From: Camelus dromedarius
Lineage: Eukaryota
Reading direction: 5' to 3'
DNA: 64,000 nt
Assembly: GCF_036321535.1 (NCBI RefSeq)
Contig: NC_087437.1
Span: forward strand, 97,714,001 to 97,778,000
A model generated the notes under the pieces. The model was not told the DNA's origin. It saw only the letters and a program-made list of their open reading frames with translations, and did no database searches. The translations under genes and the position numbers were made by a program. Each line of letters opens with the position of its first letter. Position 1 is the stretch's first letter. Shown piece after piece: positions 52,980-64,000 of this stretch.

Positions 52980-55900
52980 TTGGAATCTGATAAAAGTAAA
53001 AGAAGCACTCAGATTAACCAAAAAAAGAAATTCTGAAATTCATTAAAGTTTCTCTTTGGCAGGACTGTCACAGACGGGTAGGTTTTAATGTAGAATATTT
53101 CTGGCCTTTCGCTCCTCCCTGTTTGTTGAAAAGGTGAGGTAGTTTGCCTTCTCCCATTTGGCTTGTGGTCATAAGAAGGATTTTTAAGTTACAGACTCTG
53201 TAATAAGTCACAAACATTCAGCTATACAAGCTGAATTTAAGGGAAAGAAAAGTCTAATTATATCTTTCTTTATTCCTCTTAACCTCAGGATTTCAGAAGT
53301 GGTCAGGAAGAATATGTTTGTTGAAAACCTAAAGCAAATGCAATGTTAGAAAATGCTAGTAATGAAAAGAGTCAGAAAAGTTGTGGTTTATGTTCATTTT
53401 GATTACAAACTGAGTTGTCTTTATACACCATAAAATCAATAATAAAATCCATATCCATAAAGCTGCCAAGTATAAAATATGGCCTTTTTATATTTATGTC
53501 ATTTTGCAACCCAAACTCAGTGGCTATTTTAAAATTCAAAATGCTAGCCTGTCTCTTGAAATTTACAATTTGAAAATAAAAATGTTTTTGTTTTTAAAAT
53601 ACCATTTTAAAATTATTACAGTTTCTCTTTTCACACACTTACTTATTTTTTCCCTTATTTTCCTCCCAGCCATGGACTTTAATAGGCAAGGAAAATAGGA
53701 AATTGTTCTTCTCTATGTACGTGCATTGACAGTTCAAAAATTAAATTTATCTTTTGGAAATTCAAGTATTTGTAGATTTCCAAAGATATTTTAAGAACAG
53801 AGGTGTTTAATTTACAGCATCAATCAGTAGAAACTATCCTGAGGTCTGGGGAAGTGTTTCAGAGGATTCACAAACTAAATGAGATATTCATTTAAAAATC
53901 ATGAAAAATTTAAATGCTGATGAAATCTCATCATCATTTGGACCTGTCTGCTCTCTGGGAACTTATGTGAGACTTCATTTTTAAAGGGGTACCACCACTT
54001 TGATTTGACTGGAGACCAACAAATAACCAAGGTCCTTCCTCATCATTTAGCTGTAATAACTGTACTTCTCTAACAAAGGTACAAGGAAAGCACATCATTT
54101 CAGAATGTGGAAAGAAAGAGAATGTAATTGTCATATATGCTAAGAGAAATTCTTCTTAACAAGTTTATGCTCAAGTTAAAAGGTAAGCCTTTCCCATGTA
54201 ATGTAAATTGCCTTTCGCTTTGTGTTTTTAATGTGACACTGTAATATGAACCATGCATATTATTTTCATCTTAACCATTCTAAAGAGCTCATATTGAAAA
54301 TACCAACTTGGCATTTAAGATAGTACAATACATGGCAGAGTTTCAAAATATAAAATTATATTTCATTTTCTTTCTTTTTTTTTTTTTTTTTACTTACTGC
54401 CAATAGTAAGAAAGTTGGGATTGTTAATATCCATTATTAAATGGGAAAATATTGAGGAATCATGAAATATTATGAGAGTACCTGTAGTTTAGTAAGACAA
54501 TATTTATGTATAATTTAGTCTCCTTGGATATAAAAAAATGATTTTAAGAATCTTACAGTCATGCACACAGTATAAATCATACTATAAAAGTGAAAATGAG
54601 GATGACGATGATGATGAAATAAAATTGGTGGGATCCTATGCACCAAGCATGCTTCTAAGCACTTTACAGGTAATTATAGTAGGTAGCTGAATAGTGTTTA
54701 TTGAGAAGGGGGAGTCATTTTTTGTCAGAATGTATTTTGGCACAATCTTTTCATATGATTTAGCAAACTGTGTTAAAATGTTTAATGATCTTACCCTTTG
54801 GTTCTGCATTTAAACATCCAAGAAACTTTCCTACAGAAATACTAACACATGTGCACAAAGATATATGAGCAAGGACGTTCATCTCAGCATTTTTATAATA
54901 GTCAAAAAATGGAAACATTGTAAATAATAGTGGGGGATTAGTCTAATTATATATATATACTGTGAATTAAAATTAATGATGTAGATAAATCAATATTTCC
55001 TGGTATAGAAAGCCTCCATTACATGGCTTTAAGCAATAAACGGCAAGCTAAAAAACAATATGTAAGTAAGGTTATTTTCCTAAAATATATTTTATGTTTA
55101 AGCATAGATCAAAGTTAGAAAGGTTTTCCTCCAAAATGTTATCTCTGCTTGGTAGACTCATTTATCATTTTCACTTTCTTAGTTGTCTTTTTAAATATTA
55201 CAAATATTTCTTTCCAATAAATATCTAATATAAGTAAAACAACACAAAAAGTTCTATTTACTTAAGACAAATATAGTTAGGAAAATCAGAATAAAGACAA
55301 AATTAGGGTAAGAGAAAAAATGAAGACAAAAGTGAGGTCAATTTTTAAATAGCATCCACTACACTCCCTTAATGTTTATTTCCCAAGTTTCTCCATTCAT
55401 TCATCATGTATTCATTCACTTATGCAACTTTTATTAAGCATCTACTGATTTCCAGACATAACTTAGTTGCTGGACACACAAATGAGAGACATTCATTTAG
55501 TTAAACTGTATTATTTCAACAACGACTTATGATATCTCTAAAGAGGTGTCAGAGATTGCTCTAGACACTGAAATATTATTTACCCTGTAGTATTTCACAG
55601 TGAGAAGGGCTTGGAAAAGGCCTATCTTGGAAAATGTATAATCACACATATAGGGAAGCCAGCTAATCTACAGTGCAGAGTTCAGGGAAGCCTTGCAGGA
55701 GATGCTGTCTGGGCTGAACTATGAAAGGGAATGTCACCTGAGCAGAGAAGGGGAGAAGGGAACTCTAGATATAGAGATAGAGAGAGAGAGAGAGAGATGT
55801 AAACATTTTCCTATTTGATGTCTTCATGCAGTTCGAGGTATAACCTGCTGATAAGAGTGAAGAAAAGTTAATTCTTTATAGTGTTCCATGCATTTAACCC

Positions 55901-57699
55901 ATTTAATCTTATATGTGATTAATGGTCCAGGAAATGCTGAGAATAAAATGAATTCTTTTTAAGGGATCACTAGGTTTATCACCATGCATTCACTCAGTTT
56001 GAATTAGGAAATACAGTAAGCTTACAGCAGAAAAACTATACAGATTGAGGTCAAATTCTGAACAAACAGCTAACAGCATGAGCTGACTTTCAGAGCTTAT
56101 AACATCAAATAATTACTCTAGAAGTACATGTACCATAAACTTACATACTGCCAAAAGAAAAGAGGATGTGGTAAGAATACCAAAATCATACACACTATAG
56201 ACAAAGAATGATGCAAAATTCAAAACAACAAGAAAATATTATCATGGCGTATATGTGCACTGCACATTTTACAATGAAATCTGAAGTTATAGCTCCCAGA
56301 TAAGCAGTATCTGTGGGAAAGTTAAAGAGAAAATATTTTGGTTTGCATAAGATTTATGGGAAGATTTATGGGGAAAATGAACTCTAAAATAGATCTAAAC
56401 ATAATACAAACCTTCAAGGACCTATACATTTGATCAAGATATATTTGTTTTATGCCTACAATGTGCAAATTTTCTCAACCCCCTCCTACCTATTACAACA
56501 ATGTTAATGAGAGAGGAAAGAAAGAATAAATGGAGACAAGACTTGTAGACTCATGATATACCAACTGAAGGTGACTACAGAAGTTACTGACACATAATTT
56601 TGAACTTAGATGTTCAAAAAGTCTGTTTCTCCCATTATGCTGTAAGGTTCAAGAGGGCATATCTTACTCTTATACTTACCTTTGTCTCCCAAGGATTAGA
56701 AACAGTGCCTGGCACATAGTAAGCACTCAGAAAACATCTATTAAGTGAAGTAATTATATTAGTCCAATCCATTACTCAACAAATAAACCTTGAATTCCAA
56801 AAAGTGGAATTACTTATTTAAAGTCATAAAATTAAGTAATGTCAGAGTTCAGTTAGAAATCAGGATTCCAAATATGTGTCCCTTTTCATTAAAAAAGATG
56901 ATTTCTTTGGTCCAGTAACCATGTAAAAGCATACCTTTTCAATTCAAAATGAATTATCATCACACTTAAGGCCAAACACAGTAAGGCCAAACATTGTCCT
57001 TTTACTTAAATGGTATTTACAGGATGATTTAAAGGTCCTATGTAGATATATGGTATCAGAAAGGAAACCAAATTAACAGTTGACAGTTATTTTATCAAAA
57101 TATTGAAATTCTGAGTAAGTTTTCTTCCTCTTTTGTTTTAATTTTCTTTGTTGTTTTTAGGATCTTTTAAAAAAATTTTCCTCCAGCAAGAATTAATTCT
57201 TCACCTTGGTACAGTATACAAAGTATGGCCCTGATACAAAGTAAAAACATTGGATCCTATTACAAGAAGCCAGCAGCTATCCTCAAGAATTCTGGCTTCA
57301 GTAACAAAACGTACTATAGTCTTTCTAGTATTCCTTGGTATAGACTGTTTTCTCAAGTTCATATGCCTTCTGGAGTCCACCTAAAATCTGCCTACATTTT
57401 CACAGAATTCATTAGGCAGCACTTTCTAGGTAAATAAACTTAATTCGAGTACTCTACTGTATCCACATCCATGCATGCATGTATTCATCCTTTCAAAAAG
57501 TATATTATGAAGAATATAAATTGTAAATCCTAATGATTTATTCATTTACTCTTTGGAAACAAAGACATTAAGTCTTCCCCTCTTAGCCTAGGGACGCAGT
57601 TAATATGTCTTAAGTCATCTTTACAGTCATTTTATTTAAAATGTTGGCTGAAAAATTAAAAATCAATTAATAAGGTCGTGCCTTGGAGAATGAAGGACA

Positions 57700-58260
57700 C
57701 TCCACAAGCAAGATCTCGCACGCCAACCTTACTTATTCTCACTCACTCGCCGAAGCCGGGTCCGGGCGTGGCGAACGCGAGGTGGGCGGTTACGCGGGGC
57801 GCTGGGGGCGGGGGCTCGCAGCCTGGCTCCGCCGGGCGCGCTGACTCTCGTCGCCGGCCCCGCCCCCTCTCCCGGGCCGCGCAGTGAAGCGAGGAGAGGG
57901 GGCGTGGTCTCGGGGCCTCTGACAACCTCGGGCCGAGACGGAGGGATGTTCCCTGCTCAGGAGGAAGCAGACAGGACGGTGTTTGTAGGAAACTTAGAGG
58001 CCCGAGTGCGGGAAGAGATTCTGTACGAGCTGTTCCTTCAGGTACCGTCGGCGGGGAAGGGGTGGCGGAGGGGCAGGGCGCGTTGAGCCGGAAGCCCAGC
58101 TGGAGGGGCGGGCCGCACCTGAACCGTCCGGAGCCCGGCCCCCTTCCGTCCCCATCCTACGCTTGGGTTTTAATTTCGTTCCGCTTTGGCGCACCTGCCT
58201 CCAGGTGAGCATCTAGGAGGTGAAGTGACATAATGTGCGCCCCATTCCCATCCCCTTCCC
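57700..58260. promoter_or_regulatory. CpG island / TATA-less promoter of RBM11 with Sp1/KLF GC boxes
   Basis: Only GC- and CpG-rich stretch in the window. GC boxes ggggcggggg (~57805), ccccgcccc (~57858) and ggggcgtgg (~57899) lie upstream of the ATG. Confidence 0.9.
57946..58041 (+). CDS. RBM11: RBM11 coding exon 1 (MFPAQEEADRTVFVGNLEARVREEILYELFLQ, RNP2 VFVGNL)
   Basis: ATG at 57946 in the CpG island, 96 nt, cag|gtaccg donor. RRM RNP2 motif, matches recalled RBM11 N-terminus, and LIPI-RBM11 adjacency is known synteny. Confidence 0.96.
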
Positions 58261-58869
58261 CTCCGCACTGCAGAGTCCTGGGATAAGCAGTGATTGGGCT
58301 TCCCCCAACCCCCAGCCCTGAGTAAGGGCTTCGTGCAGGCTGCATGGGCCTTTGGTGCGGTCAAGCCAAACAGAAACAGCCCTGTCACTATCTTCCTTCA
58401 GGTGATAAGCACCCTCACATCTTGCAAAATGGGAGGAGTAGATTTTACCATGTTTGCATATACATTACTTATTCCCCCAACCCTTTTATGTGGCGGGTGT
58501 TTTTACTGATTTAATGATAAATGAGATTTGAGATGATTTGAGCAGCCAAATCATGGCTGTGACCGATTGACTCCCTGGCCAGTTCCCTTTATTTCACACC
58601 AAGAAGACCTTCTGGAAACTTTTCTAGACTTGATACTTACAGGATTAAACCTGTCTCCTGTAAGCACTCACCTACTGTATACACAGGTTTCACTTGCTAA
58701 AGAAATATCCTCATTCAGCTATTCATTTAACCGTTTAATGATCCAGAATCACATGGCAAACACTAAGAAGGGTGCTGGGCATACAAATTTAAGAGACAGC
58801 CCTCGGTCTTTCTAAAAGACGAAATTTAAAATTAAACACCATATTTTTAGATAATCTGCAGAAGAGAGA

Positions 58870-59030
58870 GACACAGAGTATAGCAAAGTTGTTTAGAGTG
58901 TGAACTCTGATGTCAGCAGTGTGACTTTGGGCAAGTAAATGAATAGCTCAGTGCCTCAGTTTCCTCAAATGTCAATGAGAGTAATAATATATACAATATG
59001 ATGTGGTGTGAAGATTGAATAAAATAAATC
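58870..59030 (+). mobile_element. MIR SINE in RBM11 intron 1
   Basis: gtgtgactttgggcaagtaaatgaatagctcagtgcctcagtttcctca. Confidence 0.75.
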
Positions 59031-60509
59031 TACAATGTGATGTAGTGTGACAATTGAAAAATGATGTGATTGTTGCTACAAGCAAGTCTTATTGAACTAT
59101 ATCGTTAAAAATGCTTAGGAATATCTTTGAATTTGTGAAATTCAAAGCATGTAAGCATATTCTGTGCATTTGTGATATCATATATTTAATATCAGTAGTA
59201 GAAAAGTACTGTATAAAATTGGTTTATTTTATTATTGAGTATCCTTTTACTAATTTCTTCCATATTCCTGATTATCCTTTGAAGAGTGAAAATCACGTTT
59301 ACTGTCTGTATTTTAACCAGTAAATACTGAAGTACAGATTTCAAGGGGGAAAATAGTGAATTCAGTTTCAAATACATTCAGTTTGAAGTACAATCACATG
59401 ACACTCTCTAGGAAACTGTCTCCATGAAAGAGCCATAGGTGGGAGAAAGCAATTTATTGAAGAGGTGATCCTTGAAGCCAGAAGAGAACATGAGCTATTC
59501 CCTGGGAAAGTAAAGAATGAAAAAAGAGAGACTAAATCTTAAAATACAGCATCATTTTAAAGATGATAATCAACAGTTTTATTTAGATTAAAAGCAATTT
59601 CTTAATATATTTATCCAACACAACAGAGAAAAATAATCAATCATTAAAGTACAATGAAAAAGCATTAGCCATTCACCATCAAATCTTAGCTATTTATAAG
59701 TCTTGGTGAGTACTTCTAATCATGATCATGGTAGAAATGTAACTTTTTTAGTTGTAATTAACATTTTTTACAATATTTGACTCTGTATTGCTAATTGTAG
59801 GTTTTACTATCAATAAAATCTGAATATTTTCAATTCATTTTATTTTATTCTATTTTAATAATACACCATGAATAATATTCTCTTGTTGTTGGATTTAGGC
59901 CTTCCTAATTTTTCATTCTTATAAATGACGCACTTACTTAAAAGTCTTAAACATATTAAAACACTTTCTACTTTGGGAATATTTACCAAATGGGATTACC
60001 AGATTAAAATACAGTTTCTGTATAGATCAAAAATTTAGTTTCTCTTGTAAAAGTGTTTAATCTTATTAGAAAAAAATAGTCTTTGATATAATGTTAGCAG
60101 TTTCTTTATGATAACTCAACCAGCATTGAGTTTGTAATTTCAATTTGTTTTTGAGTTATACACTGTTAATATGGAGACAAAGTAGTATTTTAACCTTAGA
60201 TTTAAATGTTCTCTAAGTTGTTTTGTTAAGCCTAACATAAGAGTAACATATCTTTCCTTTTAAGATTTGGAACTATTACCTAAAATTTCCCATTCTTAAC
60301 ACCATGAATGTTTATTGATGAGCCAGAAAATACCAAGAAAGTGTTATGAGGTGTGATATTTATTTTTAGGAAAATACATTATTAATGAAGCTACATAAAG
60401 CTGTTATTGCTAACAGATTTTTTTTAGTCTAAAGTTTGAATATACTTGACTTTCTGAGTATAAAAAAATCTTTAGATTTATAAGAAAATAATTTTTAAGT
60501 TTCTTATAG

Positions 60510-60672
60510 GCTGGGCCATTAACCAAAGTAACTATATGCAAGGACAGAGAAGGAAAGCCAAAGTCTTTTGGATTTGTCTGCTTTAAGCACCCAGAATCGG
60601 TGTCTTATGCCATAGCTTTGCTGAATGGAATTCGTTTATATGGAAGACCAATTAATGTGCAGTATCGATTTG
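60510..60672 (+). CDS. RBM11: RBM11 coding exon 2 (AGPLTKVTICKDREGKPKSFGFVCFKHPESVSYAIALLNGIRLYGRPINVQYRF)
   Basis: ttcttatag acceptor, 163 nt, G|gtaagt donor. RNP1 KSFGFVCF. Confidence 0.97.
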
Positions 60673-61430
60673 GTAAGTCCTGTCAGTGATGAATCCAAGT
60701 GTGCTTTGTTGGTGGTGGTGTTCCCAGAGGTGTAAACATTTTGTTTTCTATCTAGCCTAAGACCAAAAAAATGCCCCTGTGGTCTCTTAAATTTTCTGAG
60801 AACACACATAGACATTCATAATGTTATATAATTAATTAATATTATCAATTACACTGCCAACTCTATAGCATCTTTTCTACATTAAAATTTTAAATGTTCT
60901 CCTTTAATATCAGCCAGCAAATAACTATGACAATTGCTCTTGGCTGTTGTAAATTAAACAAATCTAAATGAACTGGGATGTACAACTCGAGCTTTTTTTA
61001 CAGCAAGGCTATCTGCTGATCTTCTTGTCAATGCTAATGTGTGGTATCACATATCTACTATTTGGAAGATAGGGCAGTTGCCTTAGTCTGTCTCCTTGAG
61101 CTATACATATCACCCTGAATCTGAGCCCCTGCAAAAGCAGCTGGCCGAAGGCTGACTCTAATAGCCATGGAGCAAAGCTTCCTGACATGAATGGCCTCAA
61201 ACGCCTTCTCCTGTACACATACCAGAAGCTGATCATCTTTGATTAGATACCCAGAGAACACTGTACTGTTACTCAAGCCCTTTCATAGTTTAAGGGACTG
61301 ACAGAAGCATTGCTTATGCTTATGTTGCAATGCTTGCAACGCTTATGTTGCCTCCCTCCCCTAATGATTCAGGCTTATTGATGTAGCCTTTGTTTGATTT
61401 TTATCCCTCTTGCTGTACAAAAAGAAAAAG

Positions 61431-61436
<6 letters not shown>

Positions 61437-61488
<52 letters not shown>
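61437..61488. repeat. Long perfect (TG)n microsatellite
   Basis: Directly visible, ~26 units. Confidence 0.95.
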
Positions 61489-61492
<4 letters not shown>

Positions 61493-62028
61493 AATAAGAA
61501 GGCAATGTCTTGTTGCAAAGGAAAAGTGCAATTCTGCATTTTATTTTGCTTTCTTTTGTCTTTGCAAAGGTAATTGGCTGCATCATGCTCTCAAGTACTA
61601 GCCAGTTAACTCCTCCAGGCTGGCAAAACAGGCCAGGCTATATCATGTCCTGGCACATCCCTAGCCAACTGCTCAGCCTCCTCTGTCAGGTTGCCTTCAC
61701 TTTTGTCAGTGCAGTTTAGCAAACTCATGCCTCTACACAGGAGGCAAATAGCAGTGATTACTTGCCATAGTTTATAAGTGTGTAGAATTAAACAGCATCG
61801 TGTATCTTATATGGAACCCTCTGTCAGTACAGTTCTCTACAGCCATTGCTTTGGACAAAGCCTGGTTGTAATGCAGTCATTTATACTGATGTAAACAACC
61901 TGTAAATATTACTTGAGAGATCAAAGACATATTCATGTATTTTACATGGAGTTTTTTTAAGTGGTTGAATGTTAGAGCTTCAAAATATGTACCGTGAAGC
62001 AATCTGTTATTCTGGTTTTTTTTTAAAG

Positions 62029-62101
62029 GGAGTTCTCGCTCTTGTGAACCAGCTAACCAAAGTTTTGAAAGCTGTGTTAAGATAAATTCACACAATTACA
62101 G
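62029..62101 (+). CDS. RBM11: RBM11 coding exon 3 (GSSRSCEPANQSFESCVKINSHNYR); gene continues beyond the window
   Basis: T-tract plus aaag acceptor, 73 nt, ag|gtaatt donor, in frame with exon 2. Confidence 0.92.
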
Positions 62102-63624
62102 GTAATTAAAATTTTTTCATAAAGAAAAGCATATAAATATGGTCTTATTCCAGGAAGGGTTTTTCTTTATTTTGGACTATTGTAAAACTCTACTATTTAG
62201 ACATAGGATATTTTCTCTGAAACCATGAAAAGTGACAGAAAATACTTTCATTTAAAGTGCAGTCAATATTTTCAGCAATAGGTGGGAGAGATTTATTTTT
62301 GTAGTATTCTTTATAGTTTGCCATGTACTTTTCATAGCTGTTAAATCACTTAAGCATCCAAAGTCTCATTGCGATGGATCATAGAGATACTATTATCCAT
62401 GTTTTATACTTGAATAAATATAGAGATGCAAAGTTAACTAATTTCCAAGGGCACAAAGATGACAAACTGATAGTTGCTAGGCTTAAAATTAAGCCTTTTG
62501 ATATTTAACCACTCTACTATTTATTTCACTATTTTAATAACTTCTCTATGGTAATTTTCAGAATGTTCTCAAATATTGTGTCATCTGATTTCTTAATGCA
62601 AAGGTAGCCTCCAGTTCAGCAATCCCAGAGGTCATGGAACAGACAGTCTCCCAAACCAAATTAAGATGCTCAAACCACACCATTTATTAAGCCAATTTAA
62701 AAGATACAATGAAAAGCAAAAAGAAAGTCACTGGATAGGTTTGCATATGTAGGTTAGAATACAAGTGGGCAGAAGGACCATACTAGGCAAGTTCTGATTA
62801 TGCTAATATTCATATGCCCTGTTTCTCTGCTGCATCAACCTTCTGCACTGATAGTGTGGTTACAAGGACTAGAGTTGAGGTCTGAGTAAAGGATTCTATT
62901 CAGATAGAAAGTTCCTGGAGTGAATCTCATTTGCTTACTCTCTCAAAGAGACATAGGGGCAAATAGACTTGGCCACAGAGGGAGTTAGATGCCCACAGGT
63001 TTTGTATGAGTTTCTTAGGAGAGCAAAGACGGGGAGAGCAGCTTAACTGTTAGCTCAGAGCGCACATCCTGAGGGCTTGGAATCTCCTTCCCTTTCTGTC
63101 TATGAGCAACAATCTGATTTGTTCCATCATATTTTCTATTGAATTATCTATCTGTGGCATCTCGTACAACATACTAACTTACTTATTATGCATATGTAAT
63201 ATGTATTATGAATTCTACCTGTGTCTTCCAAGTCACTTGCTTATTCTAACACAATTTCATCACTATCTGCTAAGCTTATGTTAAGTCGAGTTCTGGTTAC
63301 ATTAATATTCATAGACCCTCTTTCTCTCTCTGCTGCGTCAGCTGCATCAGTGTGGCTTACTTCAAGGCTACTCCAAGCATTTCTTATGAGTTTCATCCAT
63401 CCTGATTGTGTTCTTGTTTTCTGCAGCAGAACTGAATATTCTCGAGGAAACTAGCAACAGCTGATGCTTTCATCCCTGTTAATTCTGTCGGCCCTCTGAG
63501 GCATAGAAGAGTGGCTCTTGCGACTGGCAATTACCCAGGCTTATCTTTAGGAGAAGTGCTGCTCCCCAAGTACAACACGGTGTCTTCATTCTCCCCAGCA
63601 TTTCTGCATCAGTGAAATCGGGAG

Positions 63625-63820
63625 AAAGTAGGTGCTGAAATCAGATTGCCTGAAGTGAATCCTGCTTCTGCCACTTTATTAACAGTATAACCTTAGACAA
63701 GTTATTTCACCACAACGTGCCCCACCTCTAAAATGAGGATAATACCTCAAAAGGTTACTATGAGAATCAAATTTTATAATAAATCCAAGGTATTTAAAAT
63801 ACTGGGTGCATGCTTAGTAA
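63625..63820 (+). mobile_element. MIR SINE
   Basis: tcagattgcctgaagtgaatcctgcttctgccact...aaaatgaggataatacctca. Confidence 0.7.
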
Positions 63821-63880
63821 GAAGAAAAATCGTTCATCCTTCACATCCTTACTTCCTATTCCCTTCTCTCTTTTTTGAGA

Positions 63881-64000
63881 TTTTTTTTTTTCAATCTTTT
63901 TGTGGGGGGTGATTGGGTTTATTTATTCATTTATTTTTAGGGAAGGTACTGGGAATTGAACCCAGGACCTCGTGCATGCTAAGCATGCTGTCTATCACTT
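63881..64000 (-). mobile_element. Vic-1-like SINE (cut by the window end)
   Basis: ggaaggtactgggaattgaacccaggacctcgtgcatgctaagcatgc, with a T-rich tail. Confidence 0.85.

Noticed and set aside
57678..58509. Several overlapping GC-rich ORFs around the RBM11 promoter
   Set aside because: Expected from stop-codon scarcity in a CpG island; only 57946-58041 is supported.
1..64000. CRISPR array, operon or other prokaryote-type system
   Set aside because: The sequence is eukaryotic intron/exon DNA with no regularly spaced repeat-spacer arrays.

Overview
AT-rich mammalian genomic DNA, most likely camelid (Camelus/Vicugna) because it carries three tRNA-Ala-derived Vic-1-like SINEs. It contains two head-to-head genes. 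LIPI (membrane-associated PA-selective phospholipase A1 beta) is complete and intact on the minus strand: 10 coding exons read by hand, 52979 to 10490, 1383 nt = 460 aa + stop, all introns GT-AG, with triad S159/D183/H253 and a 12-residue lid. RBM11 (RRM splicing regulator) is on the plus strand, with its CpG-island promoter and first three coding exons in the window; the rest lies beyond it. The remainder is intron or intergenic sequence filled with L1, L2, MIR, MLT1 and MER repeats and microsatellites. Almost all short ORFs in the track are spurious. I found no new multi-gene system. The most interesting small-scale observations are: (1) a tailless 5'-half tRNA-Met retrocopy with a perfect 17-bp target-site duplication inside a MER58; (2) a stop-interrupted, MIR-overlapping counterpart of the human LIPI long-isoform first exon; (3) an L1 3' end apparently split by a ~400-bp local inversion; (4) splice signals suggesting LIPI may be transcribed from the RBM11 CpG island, and a possible poison 5' splice site in RBM11 exon 1. 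Repeat subfamily names and human comparisons come from memory of consensus sequences and need confirming. Repeat boundaries are approximate unless a TIR or TSD is quoted.
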